Assembly: GCF_006345805.1 (NCBI RefSeq)
Contig: NW_021833166.1
Span: forward strand, 1 to 28,993
Reading direction: 5' to 3'
Length of the DNA stretch: 28,993 nucleotides
Source: Octopus sinensis
Taxonomy: Eukaryota
In this document: piece after piece, positions 9,399 through 22,375 of the stretch
Position numbering within the stretch: position 1 is the first letter of the stretch
How the letters are laid out: each line of letters begins with the position of its first letter
Program-made: the position numbers and the translations under genes
The notes under the pieces: model-generated
What the model was told of the DNA's origin: nothing
What the model saw: only the letters and a program-made list of their open reading frames with translations
The model's database searches: none

Positions 9399-9535
9399 TT
9401 AATTACATTTGATGGATATTTGTCCTCATCTTGTTTGTTGTTTGCTGATATACCCTGCAGCCTTCATCAGGTGTCTTGGGGTAGATTTCCAACCTGGGTT
9501 CTTATTCCTAAGATATTTTTCGACGTTATAATTAT
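9399..9535 (-). mobile_element. Probable Penelope-like pLTR fragment with a decayed hammerhead motif
   Basis: On minus: gacac-CTGATGA-aGGCTG-cagggtatat-CAGC-AAAC. The core and stem II are present, but the G of GAAA and the stem I 3' strand are missing. Confidence 0.5.
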
Positions 9536-9540
9536 TATTC

Positions 9541-9996
9541 TCTTTACTCGTTACTCTTTTACTTGTTTCAGTCATTTGACTGTGGCCATGCTGGAGCACC
9601 GCCTTTAGTCGAACAAATCGACCCCAGGACTTATTCTTTGTAAGCCCAGTACTTATTCTATAGGTCTCTTTTGCAGAACCGCTAAGTTACCGCAACGTAA
9701 ACACACCAGCATCGGTTGTCAAGCGATGTTGGGGGACAAACACAGACACACAAACATATACACACACACATACATGCATATATATATATATATTATACAC
9801 ACACACATATATATATATACACACATATATATACGACGGGTTTCTTTCAGTTTCCATCTACCAAATCCACTCACAAGGCTTTAGTCGGCCTGAGGCTACC
9901 GTAGAAGACACTCGCCCAAGGTGCCACGCAGTGGGACTGAACCCGGAACCATGTGGCTGGTAAGCAAGCTGCTTACCACACAGCCACTCCTACGCC
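9541..9996 (-). mobile_element. SINE-A, full length
   Basis: The head ggcgtaggagtggctgtgtggtaag has A-box TGGCTGTGTGG and B-box GGTTCAGTCCC. It continues with CORE-like caccttgggcgagtg, an internal TA/CA tract and the complete 3' half. Confidence 0.93.
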
Positions 9997-9997
9997 T

Positions 9998-10152
9998 ATT
10001 ATTATTATTGCTGTTGTTGTTGTTGTAGTTGTTGTTGTTGTTGCTGTTTTGTTGTTGCTGTTGTTGTTGTTGTTGTTTAGGTCACTGCTTGGAATCGAAT
10101 TCAGAATCTTGGGGTTAGTAGCCCGCGCTCTTAACTACTACGCCATATGCCC
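9998..10152 (-). mobile_element. Short tRNA-derived retroposon with (AAC/AAT)n tail
   Basis: On minus, GGGCATATGGCGTAGTAGTTAAGAGCGCGGGCTACTAACCCCAAGATTCTGAATTCGATTCCAAGCAGTGACCT (10152-10079) has degenerate A/B boxes and runs directly into a trinucleotide tail. Confidence 0.7.
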
Positions 10153-10164
10153 ATAGTCATGTGG

Positions 10165-10330
10165 CGTATTTCATAAGTTTCTATTGGGTTTTTCCCGGTT
10201 TAACACAAAACTTCATCATATAAAGAGCTTCCAAACATCCTGTCTGCCCTCTGCAAACTAGTCAGCTGTGATAAATAGAGTTTAGTAGGGTGTGTTCAAA
10301 GTGCTGCTGCAACCGTCTCCTTCAATCTGG
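10165..10330 (-). pseudogene. Possible mariner/Tc1 transposase N-terminal remnant
   Basis: Minus reads MKFCVKPGKT, then after a frameshift ETYEI, resembling mariner KFCVKLGKxxxETY. The match is short and degenerate. Confidence 0.4.
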
Positions 10331-10508
10331 AATAGCACAAAGTAGCGGGTATGATAGTGATATACTAAAATTTTAACTTAGACCAGTTATAACTGTCCCA
10401 TCAAAAGCCTTAAAGAACTTCTTAACTATCGAACAAAACAGACGGTAAGGTGCATAAACTGATAAAGCGTCAATAAATTAACATTTTTATAGAAAATACG
10501 TGGCTATA

Positions 10509-10746
10509 TCTTTATATATAAAACTAAAGTTGTGTGTCTGTCTCCTACGATTTAGATTCCTAACTACTCCCACATTTTGCGGTGCAGTTTAACCAAAAGC
10601 GGGTATCTTATAGTCGTGATTAATATCGAGCCCTTCTGGGTATTAGCGCGCGTCTACGATGAGTCTACGATTTAAAAAAAAATTACCATAATTTTTCCCA
10701 TTTGTAATGCATTGTTTGCTACTATTAGATAAGGGAAGTACTCTCT
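10509..10746 (+). mobile_element. Helitron 5' module, second copy
   Basis: A|TCTTTATATATAAAAC... is highly similar to the reverse complement of 6705-6935 up to aagggaagta..ctctc, then diverges. No 3' hairpin+CTAG|T was found. Confidence 0.85.
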
Positions 10747-11005
10747 AAAAATGTATTATTAAATCTCAGAACGTAAAAAGCTACAGTAACACCCCCCTTT
10801 GTGGTTAGCCATATTGAGATGGCTTTTATACTTTACATCCCTAAAAATGCTTATATAGTTATTTCCCTTACAATTTCTGCAATTTCAACCAATCACTGAC
10901 GTCCATTGAGGTAAAAAAACATTCTGTGCTGTATATGTCCCTCGTTTAAGAAACAGATTGGGTTTATTTACATTTGTGAAGAAAAAAAATATACCCTTCC
11001 CCCAC

Positions 11006-11029
11006 CCCTAACGCTAACCCTAACCCTAA
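11006..11029 (-). repeat. Telomere-like (TTAGGG) x4, one variant
   Basis: ccctaa cgctaa ccctaa ccctaa on plus. Confidence 0.7.
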
Positions 11030-11338
11030 AACAGATTGAAATGCAATAGATCGATACTAGGATAATAATTATGGGTGACAATTTCATATGACACCGCCAG
11101 AAAAAACTGCCGGTCAAACCGAAAAGATCCACTTCTTTTGTAAACTCGACAGTAATGCTAAATTTGATAGCAATTGTACATTTTTTTTATTGTATTCAAG
11201 GCCGTAATGTCAAGGATAGTAGATAGATACGAAATACCAAAGGAAAAGAGACAGTGAAGTGAATAAAACTGCACCAAAAGAATTGATTAAACCACATTTC
11301 TGTAGAAATTCAGTGGCTATTTCCTATAAACTTGATGG

Positions 11339-11460
11339 CAATGCTAACCTTGAAAATAAAGCCCACAAGTGCAAATACGAAATACTTAACGAACAAAGGT
11401 GACAGAGAGGAGAAAAAACTACCCCGAAAAAGTCGATTAAGTAAAACTTCTCAGAGCAGT
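11339..11460 (+). repeat. Old dispersed repeat fragment, related to 5467-5755
   Basis: Shared blocks caat.ctaaccttga (5467, 11339) and ccc.aaaa...cgattaa.taa (5719, 11422). Confidence 0.35.
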
Positions 11461-11595
11461 GTTTCTCGACTATGTTTTCCCTATAGATCGCTTTGATTCC
11501 AATTTTACTCGGAGGGATCCTCGTGGCCAGTCGATGTTTTAAAAAGAATCATTCTATATTACATCGATCCCAGTGTTCGACTGGTGCTTATTATT

Positions 11596-11870
<275 letters not shown>

Positions 11871-12174
11871 GTGTCAGGATGTCTATGCATCTTTGAATTG
11901 CTATCACTATCACCTTTTCCTATTAATACATCTGTCAATAGAATTCTACTTTCACTTTCGGTTTAACGGATTCTTTATCACTTACTATTCCTCTTTTTCC
12001 AACCCACCCTAATAATGCATTAAACTTTGTGTATTTACTGTGTGTAGGTGTGTATATATTCCTGAACACGAAGCTTAGTGGATGTATAGTCGTGTCTGTG
12101 TGTGCTTATATTTATTTACTTATTATCGCCTGTCTTATTTTAATGTAGATTAATATACTTCACGTGTATGCATT

Positions 12175-12183
12175 CCCATATAA

Positions 12184-12214
<31 letters not shown>

Positions 12215-12464
12215 ATATATATATATACTATAATATATAATATATATATATATATATATTAATATGTATATATAATACATCATAATACATACATATATAT
12301 GCATAAATATATGTATATATATTTACTATATTTATATAATTATATATGCATATATACATATGTACATATGTCTATGTATGTATATATATATAGACACGCA
12401 CGTACACATTCCCATACACACACACTCATACATACATACACATATTATATGCATACATATATTA

Positions 12465-12532
<68 letters not shown>

Positions 12533-12728
12533 TAAATAATATATATATATACATATATATATACATATGTGAATATATATACAAGAATGCATTGATAGAT
12601 ATATACATACATAGTTGTACACACCAGGCATGTGTGTGAGTGTTGGTGCGTGCATATCTACGTGTTAGCGTGTGCGTATACATATGTATGTGTGTATTTT
12701 TCCATGTATACATACGTACATCTATCTG

Positions 12729-12771
<43 letters not shown>

Positions 12772-13670
12772 ATCTATCTATTTATATATTTGTCTGTCTT
12801 TCTATCTGTCTGTCTGTACATGCATACATACATACATACATACATGCATACATACATATATACATACATACACACATACATACATACATACATACATACA
12901 TACATACATACATACATACATACATGCACACACACACATACATACATACATACACACATACATAATACATACATACACACACACATACATACATACATAC
13001 ACACATACATACACACATACATACATACATACATACACACATACATACATACATACATACATACATTCATACATACATACATACACACATAAATACATAC
13101 ATACATACATACATACATACATTCATACATACATACATACACACATAAATACATACATACATAAATACATACATACATACATACATACATACATTCATAC
13201 ATACACCCATCCATACATACATACATACATACATGCACACACACACATACATACATACATACACACATACATAATACATACATACACACATACATACATA
13301 CATACACACATACATACATACATACACACATACATACACACATACATACATACATACATAAATACATACATACACACATAAATACATACATACATACATG
13401 CAAACATGCATACACACATACATACACACATACATACATACATACATACATACATACATAAATACATACATACATACACACATAAATACATACATACATA
13501 CATACATACATTCATACATACATACATACACACATAAATACATACATACATAAATACATACATACATACGTACGTACATCACAAACACAAATCTTTGCCA
13601 CTGCACACACATGCACACACACACACGCACACACGCACACACACACACACGCACACACACACGCGCTCAC
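12175..13670. repeat. Large compound (TA)n, (TATC)n, (CATA)n microsatellite block
   Basis: Visible repeats. There is an internal ~309-bp duplication (atgcacacacacacatac at 12924 and 13233). Confidence 0.93.
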
Positions 13671-14023
13671 ACGCATTCTATGAATCGTTATATATTTAGC
13701 ATCACTGCCATAGTTCCATTTATCTCCCTGGCAGCGTTTGCTGACATTTCTTCAGTGGTTCTGTTGTCAAGGACAGAGATAACGGTAACAGCAGCAGCAG
13801 CAGCCGCAGCAGCAGCAACGGCGGCGGCGGCGGTGCTAGTGGTGGTGGTGGGGAAATTATTGTGTTGATAGCTGCATTGGGATTGGTGCATGTTGGTGTT
13901 GTTATTGTTCTTTTAGCCCTGGGTCCAGCCCTTTATCCGGTGCTCTGATCGTCCAAACACTGCTGTTGTATGTATGTATGTATGTATGTGTGTCAGAGTT
14001 CATTATCTAACATTAATACCATT

Positions 14024-14159
14024 ATTTAATTTATCGACCCCAGAAAGGATAAATAGGCAAAGACAACCTCGACGGAATTTGAACTCAGATGGTAAAGACA
14101 GACGAAATGCCGCTAAACATTTTGCCCGGCTTGCTAACGATTCTGCCAGCTCGCCACCT
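14024..14159 (-). mobile_element. SINE-B variant, 5' part
   Basis: ttatcgacccagaaagg...ggaatttgaactcag...ttctgccagctcgccacc. Confidence 0.85.
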
Positions 14160-14160
14160 T

Positions 14161-14161
<1 letters not shown>

Positions 14162-14195
<34 letters not shown>

Positions 14196-14312
14196 TAATA
14201 ATAATAATAATAATATGATGATGATGATGATAATATTAATAATAATAATAATAATGATGATGATGATGATGATAATAATAACAATAATAATAATGATAAC
14301 AATAATAATAAC

Positions 14313-14347
<35 letters not shown>

Positions 14348-14540
14348 TAATAATGATAATAATAATGATGATGATGATGATGATAATAATAATATTAATA
14401 ATAATAATAATGATGATGATGATGATGATGATAATAATAACAATAATAATAATAATAATAACAATAATAATAATAATAATAATAATGATAATAATAATAA
14501 TTATGACGATGATGATGATGATGATGATAATAATAATAAC

Positions 14541-14576
<36 letters not shown>

Positions 14577-14578
14577 CA
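14162..14578. repeat. (AAT/GAT/AAC)n microsatellite
   Basis: Visible trinucleotide repeats. Confidence 0.96.
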
Positions 14579-14785
14579 ATTCTTTATTGCCCACAAGGGG
14601 CTAAACATAGAGGGGACAAACAAGGACAAAAGGATTAAATCGATTACATCGACCCCAGTACATAACTGGTACTTATTTCATCGACCCCGAAAGGATGAAA
14701 GGCAAAGTCGACCTCGGCGGAATTTGACCTCAGACGAAATACTGCTAAGCATTTCGCCCGGCGTGCTAACGTTTCTGCCAGCTCG
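14579..14785 (-). mobile_element. SINE-B inserted in an (AAT)n tract
   Basis: Nearly complete copy with (AAT)n on both sides (right tract 14786-14912). Confidence 0.9.
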
Positions 14786-14807
14786 AATAATAATAATAAT
14801 AATAATA

Positions 14808-14893
<86 letters not shown>

Positions 14894-15104
14894 GCAGCAA
14901 CAACAACAATAATGAAAAAAGGCATTGGGGTGCGATGCATACCCTGCGCGCAGATAAATTTTTCCCCAAATTCTAGTGTGGCTTACAATGTGTTGCCTAC
15001 CCATCCTTTTTAATTGAAGTGAATGAATTTTTTTCTTTTTCAAGTATCACCATTATAGGTATTTATACTTCGGTGATATTAAGAAACAAAACCCAAACGA
15101 AACA

Positions 15105-15470
15105 CAAACACACACACACACACACAGTCGCATATGTGTGTATGTACGTATGTATGTATGTATGTATGTATGTATGTATGTATGCATGTACGAATGTATG
15201 TACGTAAGTATGTACGTATGTATGTATGTACGTACGTACGTATGTATGTATGTACATATGTATGTACGTACGTATCTATGTATGTATGTATGTACGTATG
15301 TATGTACGTACGTATCTATGTATGTATGTATGTACGTATGTATGTATGTATGTATGTGTGTGTATGCATGTATGTATGTATGTATGTATGTATGTATGTA
15401 TGTACGTACGTATGTATGTATGTATGAATGTATGTACGTACGTACGTACGTACGTACGTATGTATGTATT

Positions 15471-15504
<34 letters not shown>

Positions 15505-15512
15505 TGTATGTA
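15105..15512. repeat. (CA)n then (TATG/TACG)n microsatellite
   Basis: Visible repeats. Confidence 0.95.
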
Positions 15513-15822
15513 CGCACACGTCCCTGTGCGCATAGGTACACCATGATCTATACACATGCAGACGAGGGTCGATTCATATGAAAAAGAAAGTGAATAAAAC
15601 AATATGACCCCTTGCTCATCGTTCGATTGTTTTTTTATTGATAATCAAACCAAATGTTCATCTTTTCGATCCACTCACTCAATGAGTATTTCTGCCAAAT
15701 GTGGTGAAAATCCATTCAGCTCTTTTCCAGTAATTTTACAAACACGCAAAGACGAGTGATTACAATACCCTGCTTTCGCTTCCACACGCAGTGTAACAAC
15801 AACAACAACAACAACAATAGTA

Positions 15823-15864
<42 letters not shown>

Positions 15865-15873
15865 TAATAATAT

Positions 15874-16498
15874 ATTTGGTGCAAACCTGGATTTGCCCCA
15901 TGAAAAAAACTGGTGGGAACACAAACCACCTCCCAGTGGCTTGAAAATGACCACATCTCACTCCTCTAGAACTTCACCATTCAAACTGACAGAAAGATAG
16001 ATGCAAATAGGCCGACATCATATTGAAAGACTTCAGACAAAGAACATGCTCCTCATTGATATGACTGTCCCAATCGATATAAACGTATCTGTCAAGACCT
16101 ACCAAAACTGAAGCAAATATAAAGATCTTGAAATAGAAATCAGCAAAATGGTGGAACCTGAAGACTAAAACAATACCTGTTGTCATAGTGCCCTGGGAAT
16201 GATACCGAAAGGGGCTGATTGCTACCTACTCAGATACCAGGAAACCCCAAAATGGCAGAAATTCAAAAATAGTGCTCATGGGAACTGCTCATATCCTACG
16301 CAAAATGTAATCTCAAGGTTTAAAACAAACATAATTTTCGGTTTTTTAGACATTCATAGTACAACACCAAAAAAACCCCCAAATATATGGCACATTAGGC
16401 ATAACAGCAACATGAACTTCCAGCCTGTTGTCTCTTGAGATCTCTGGGTGAGACTTGGAGCCAGCTTGTACAAATATAAAGCAAAAGTCAAACATAGA
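15874..16498 (+). mobile_element. 5'-truncated R4/Dong-clade non-LTR retrotransposon (restriction-like endonuclease region + 3' UTR)
   Basis: The frameshifted translation WWEHKP..LEND..L*NFTIQTDRKIDANRPDII..DMTVPID..KYKDLEIEISKMW..IPVVI.ALG..IVLMGTAHILRK is typical of an RLE domain. (TAA)n lies on both sides. Confidence 0.85.
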
Positions 16499-16510
16499 AT
16501 AATAACAATA

Positions 16511-16541
<31 letters not shown>

Positions 16542-16709
16542 TATCATTATTATTATTATAAACCCTGCGAAGAATTCTGTTTGGACCTGCAAGAATTCTT
16601 TGCAGGATTCTTGAAGCATGACCAGTAAACAAATGTCGCCTTAGTCTGCTGGCTGTGGACAGCTGACTCTTTCCATCATACCCAGCAAAATAAACTCAGA
16701 GTTTTCATT

Positions 16710-16711
16710 AA

Positions 16712-16749
<38 letters not shown>

Positions 16750-16841
16750 TAATATAATAATAATGATAATAATAATATTAATAATAATAATATAATAATA
16801 ATAATAATGATAATAATAATAATAATAATGATAATAATAAT

Positions 16842-16885
<44 letters not shown>

Positions 16886-16896
16886 TAATAATAATA
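16710..16896. repeat. (TAA)n microsatellite
   Basis: Visible repeats. Confidence 0.95.
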
Positions 16897-17148
16897 AGAT
16901 AGTGCTCATGGGAACTGCTCATATCCTACGCAAAATACTTTCTATGTAACCTCAAGGTTTAAAACAAACATAACTTCCGTTTTTTTGTTGTTTTTTTAGG
17001 CATTCACTAGTACAACACTAAATACAAAACCAAATATATGGCACACTAGGCATAACAACAATACGAACTTCCAACCTGTTGCCTCTTGAGGTCTCTGGTT
17101 GAGACTTGGAGCCAACTTGTACAAATATAAAGCAAAAGTCAAACATAG
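16897..17148 (+). mobile_element. Second, shorter R4/Dong 3' fragment
   Basis: atagtgctcatgggaactgctcatatcctacgcaaaat...gtcaaacatag parallels 16270-16498, has the same 3' terminus and is flanked by (TAA)n. Confidence 0.88.
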
Positions 17149-17868
17149 AATAATAATAATAATAATATAATATAATAATAATAATAATAATAAAATATAA
17201 TAATAATAATAATAAGATAATAACAACAACAACAATAACAACAATAGCACACAGAGGGCGCAAACCTCCGCCAACGCAAAACCAGCGTCCTATCAACGAT
17301 TAACTGGAGATGATTTTTAAAATGAGAATATCTGAATTCGGGTCTGAATATCTGAATTCCACTGCATTCGCGCGGTTGACTCAGCAGTAAATATAAACTG
17401 CCGATTTAATTTCAAAATTAGCCAAAAAATTATTAATTAATAAATTTTAGGGTAGCAAAAAATTCTAGAAAAATTCTCCGCTACCAGCGGTCTAGTAAGA
17501 AGGAAAGAATAGTCAATAGACTATATAATATACATTCAAACATATAAGGGAATGCGGTGGATTTTGAAAATTTATGGCATATAGACTCGAGGCATGCTCG
17601 TTATCGCCTCGTGAATATATGGTAGTCCTTGGCTTTTCTGCTGATGAGTGCAACACCAGTGGTAAATAAATTTAATTTAATTTAATTTATTTACATAACA
17701 TTGCCGAAACTATGCATAGTCCAGAAAGGAGAGGGTAAACGTTTTTATTTCTCTTTCCATTTCAGAATTACAACTATTAGTGGTTTGGAGTTTAGCTGCT
17801 CTTTCTAGTGAGTCGGATGTTCTATATAGCCATCCCTTATATGTTGAATGTATATATATATATATATA

Positions 17869-18197
17869 GGCGCAGAGTGGCTGTGTGGTAAGTAGCTTGC
17901 TAACCAACCACATGGTTCCGGGTCAGTCCCACTGCGTGGCATCTTGGGCAAGTGTCTTCTGCTATGGCCCCGGGCCGACCAATGCCTTGTGAGTGGATTT
18001 GGTAGACGGAAACTGAAAGAAGCCTGTCGTATATATGTATATATATATGGGTGTGTGTGTTTGTGTGTCTGTGTTTGTCCCCCTAGCATTGCTTGACAAC
18101 CGATGCTGGTGTGTTTACGTCCCCGTCACTTAGCGGTTCGGCAAAAAAGAGACCGATAGAATAAGTACTGGGCTTACAAAAGTAAAAGAGTAAAAGA

Positions 18198-18198
<1 letters not shown>
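17869..18198 (+). mobile_element. SINE-A with an internal 3' deletion
   Basis: Head ggcgcagagtggctgtgtggtaag through ataagtactgggcttacaaa, joined directly to the agtaaaagag tail. Confidence 0.9.
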
Positions 18199-18237
<39 letters not shown>

Positions 18238-18606
18238 AATTTATATTCATGTTTTTTAATAACTGCTTGTATTCTTATCTTATATACATTGCATAATATA
18301 CTATATTATTATGCTATTATGGTTGTCGTTTTGATAAATAAATAAGTCAACATTTTAATATCCTTAAGTTGATGAACCAACTAATGTGTTTCTCCATTTT
18401 CTTATTTGCTATATAAATTAATGGTAAAATATTTCTTTACCTTCATCCATTTAATACAATAAGTAAGTTAATTGCAATGCAATTAAAACACTGGCATATA
18501 AATAATTGGGTATTATACCAACAGTATATTGGATAAGTATTATCCTTTAGTGGGTTGGAACAACAACCCCTAACATTCTTGGTGTTATATGTATATATAT
18601 GTATAT

Positions 18607-18775
18607 ACTCTTTTACTCTCTTTTACTTGTTTCAGTCATTTGACTGCGGCCATGCCTGAGCACCGCCTTTAGTCGAGCACATCGACCCCAGGACTTATTC
18701 ATTGTAAGCCTAGTACTTAATATATCGGTCTCTTTTGCCGAACCGCTAAGTTACGGAGACGTAAACGCACCAGCA
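18607..18775 (-). mobile_element. SINE-A 3' fragment
   Basis: actcttttacttgtttcagtcatttgactgcggccatg...gtaaacgcaccagca. Confidence 0.88.
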
Positions 18776-19013
18776 CAAAGCTAGCATTTTTTTTTTCAAG
18801 GAGGAGATGAGAGTCAATAAATTCTCCATTTTATCAACTTTCGAAAGAATGAAAGGCAAAGTTGAACACGCCGAAATATTGAGATAGAATCTGCTGAAAA
18901 TAGAACCCGGTGCATTGATTCGCTCTGGGGCCTAACTTATTATTAAAACGGTATTGGATTCGACCCGAAGCCATTGTACAAGACAAAAATGCTCTGCAAT
19001 GTTTCTTCAGGTT

Positions 19014-19150
19014 CTCTACGTTCAGAGTTCAAATTATAGCAAGGACAATTTTACCTTTTATCCCTCCGAGGTCAATAAAATAAATATCAGTTGAACACTG
19101 GAATCGATGTAATTGATTTGTCCTCTTTCCCTCAGAATTCCTGGTCTTGA
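19014..19150 (+). mobile_element. Degenerate SINE-B-like fragment (another lies at ~18826-18890, minus)
   Basis: tacgttcagagttcaaatt...tccctccgaggtcaataaaataa...actggaatcgatgtaattgat. Confidence 0.55.
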
Positions 19151-19265
19151 ACTCTGCAAAAGATCGGGGTCACGTTCGGGTGGAATTTCGGTTACTTTTA
19201 TGCCATGAAAACTGAATAACCGGGTTTAAGAGTCTTAGAATTGAACTAAAAGAAAATCAAAAACA

Positions 19266-19388
19266 AACATGGTTCCGGTTTCAATACTACTGCATGGCAC
19301 CGTGGGCGAGTGTCTTTTATTATGGCCTCGGGCTAACCAAAGCCTTGTGAGTGGATTTGGTAAATAGAAACTAAAAGAGACCCGCCGT
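19266..19388 (+). mobile_element. SINE-A 5' half
   Basis: catggttccgg...caccgtgggcgagtgtc...gccttgtgagtggatttgg...cccgccgt runs into a greatly expanded TATC/TGTC tract. Confidence 0.85.
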
Positions 19389-20272
<884 letters not shown>

Positions 20273-20305
20273 CGGCGATTTAGCATAATGGTTCAGAGCA
20301 TATAT

Positions 20306-20573
20306 AGGCGCAGGCGTGGCTGTGTGATAATAAGTTTGCTTTCTAGACACCTGGCTCCGAGTGCAGTCCCACTGTATGGCACCTTGGGCAATTGTGACAA
20401 CCGCTTGACAACCGTAACTTAGCAGTTCGGTAAATGAGAACCGATACAATATATACCATGCTTTAAGAAAATAAAAGTACTGGGGTCGATTCATTCCATT
20501 AAAAATTCTAGTGCCCCATGCTAGTGCCCCAGCATGGCCGCAGTCTAATAACTGAAACGAGTAAAATCTAAAA
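20306..20573 (+). mobile_element. SINE-A with a large internal deletion
   Basis: Head to caccttgggcaa, joined to gcttgacaaccgtaacttagc...cagcatggccgcagtc...actgaaac. Confidence 0.8.
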
Positions 20574-20640
20574 TATAAGCTTATATCGAGTCGGTGATCA
20601 ACCGCCATTACTAATGAGATGTCGAGTTTGTTGAAATCTT

Positions 20641-20775
20641 GTTGTTCAAATGCAAAATAATTGCATTCCTAGAACTGTCTTTTATGGCCAACTCGCTAAT
20701 CATGGCAAGCGTTCTGTTGGAGCATCACTGGAGCGTTTCTGAAGATTCTCTGAATGGAAACCTGAAGATTGGTCA
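20641..20775 (+). pseudogene. RTE-clade LINE ORF C-terminal remnant
   Basis: VVQMQNNCIPRTVFYGQLANHGKRSVG..RF, then after a frameshift EDSLNGNLK, resembles RTE VxRMxxxRIPKxxFYGELxxGKRSxG..RFKDxLKxxLK. Confidence 0.65.
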
Positions 20776-20888
20776 TAAGATGCGCCGAGCTGTGGCTGAC
20801 TTAACCTTCCAGGATTTAGCGATTGGTTTTTGTTTTTAACGACAGCAGTGAGTGGCGACCGCGCTCTCTACCGACGTAGACTCGTACT

Positions 20889-21691
20889 AAAAAGGGGGAA
20901 GGAAGAGAAGTAGGATGAAGGAGGATAAGGAGGAGGAAAGAGGAGAAGTAGGAGGAAGGAGGAGGAGGAGGAAGAAGGTGGAAGGAGGAGAAGAAGGAGG
21001 AAGGAGGAGAAGGAGGTGAAAGGAGAGAAGGAGGAGGAAGGAGGAGGAAGGAGGAGAAGGAGGTGGAAGGAGGTGGAAGGAGGAGGAAGGAGGAGAAGGA
21101 GGAGATGGAGGAGGAAGGAGGTGGAAGGAGGAGGAAGGAGGAGGAGAAGGAGGTTGAAGGAGGAGGAAGGAGGATGAAGGAGGAGAAGGAGGAGAAGGAG
21201 GAGAAGGAGGAGAAGGAGGAGAAGGAGGAGGAAGGAGGAGAAGGATGTGGAAGGAGGAGAAGGAGGAAGGAGGAGAAGTAGGTGGAAGGAGAGGGAAGGA
21301 GGAGGAGGAAGGAGGTGGAAGGAGGTGGAAGGAGGAGGAAGGAGGAGAAGGAGGAGGAAGGAGGAGGAAGGAGGTGGAAGGAGGAGGAAGGGGAGGAAGG
21401 GAGGGGAGGAAGGAGGAGGAAGGAGGAGAAGGAGGAGGAAGGAGGTGGAAGGAGGAGAAGGAGGTGGAATAGGGAGGGCGAGGAGAAGAGGATTAAGAGA
21501 AGAAGGAAAAAGAAGAGGAGGAAGAAAAGGAAGACGAGAAGGAAAAGGCAAAAGAAGAGGAAAAAGAAATGGAGGGGAAAAAGGAAGAGGAAAACTACCA
21601 CAAAAAACGAGGAAGCGGAGGAGAGGAAGAGACAGTGGAAGAAGAGGAAAAAGAGAAGAGAAAGAAGAGAAAGGAGAAGGGGATGAGGGGG
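20889..21691 (+). repeat. ~800-bp polypurine (GGA/GAA) low-complexity tract
   Basis: Almost entirely A/G on plus, with scattered pyrimidines. Confidence 0.95.
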
Positions 21692-21875
21692 TGATAGCAT
21701 TGTTCTTTAAGTTAGATTTTTAAAGTTTTATTTTCCGTTTTTTTGTTTTATAATTTCTTTCCTTCTTGGTCTCAGCACGGTCAGTTTCTACTTGACCTCG
21801 TTTCTTTTGCTAATCTGGAGAGCCAGAGTCATGGACTGGACAGGATAGAGAAAGAGAGGGGAGGGGGGAATGCAG

Positions 21876-21944
21876 CATCATCCATCAACGCAATCAACGT
21901 CATCATCATCAACATCATACATCATCATTATCTTCATCATCACC

Positions 21945-22011
<67 letters not shown>

Positions 22012-22133
22012 CCACTACCACCACCACCACCACCATCATCATCGTCATCATCATCATCTCCGTCATCACCGTTACCATCATCATCATCATCATCATCATC
22101 ACCACCACCACCACCATCGTCGTCGTCATCATT

Positions 22134-22164
<31 letters not shown>

Positions 22165-22375
22165 CCACCACCACTACCATCACCACCACCACCACCATCA
22201 CCACCATCATCATTACTGTCATCATCACCGTCATCATCATCATCATCATCATCATCATCGTCGTCGTCGTCGACATCATCATCATCATCATCGTCACCAT
22301 TACCACCACCTCCATCTTCATCATCAACAACAACAACAACAACGACAACGATCACCATCATCATGATGACCACTA
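21876..22375. repeat. (CAT/CAC/CGT/CAA)n compound trinucleotide tract
   Basis: Visible repeats. Confidence 0.95.

Noticed and set aside
10079-10152. Functional tRNA gene
   Set aside because: The acceptor and anticodon stems pair poorly, the B box is degenerate and there is a microsatellite tail, so I treated it as a retroposon.
11057-11060. CTAG as the 3' end of the second Helitron copy
   Set aside because: There is no upstream GC hairpin, and it is not followed by T.
13688-13891. Ala/Thr-rich minus-strand ORF over CAG/CGG repeats
   Set aside because: It is short, repeat-driven, has an upstream in-frame stop and no recognisable motif.
13917-13967. Candidate 51-nt exon (ttcttttag| ... |gtatgt), open in two frames
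   Set aside because: The donor is just the start of a (GTAT)n tract, and the peptide is unrecognised.
17245-17340. Segment reminiscent of a dispersed octopus repeat end
   Set aside because: There is no second copy in the window and no diagnostic termini, so it cannot be supported without a search.
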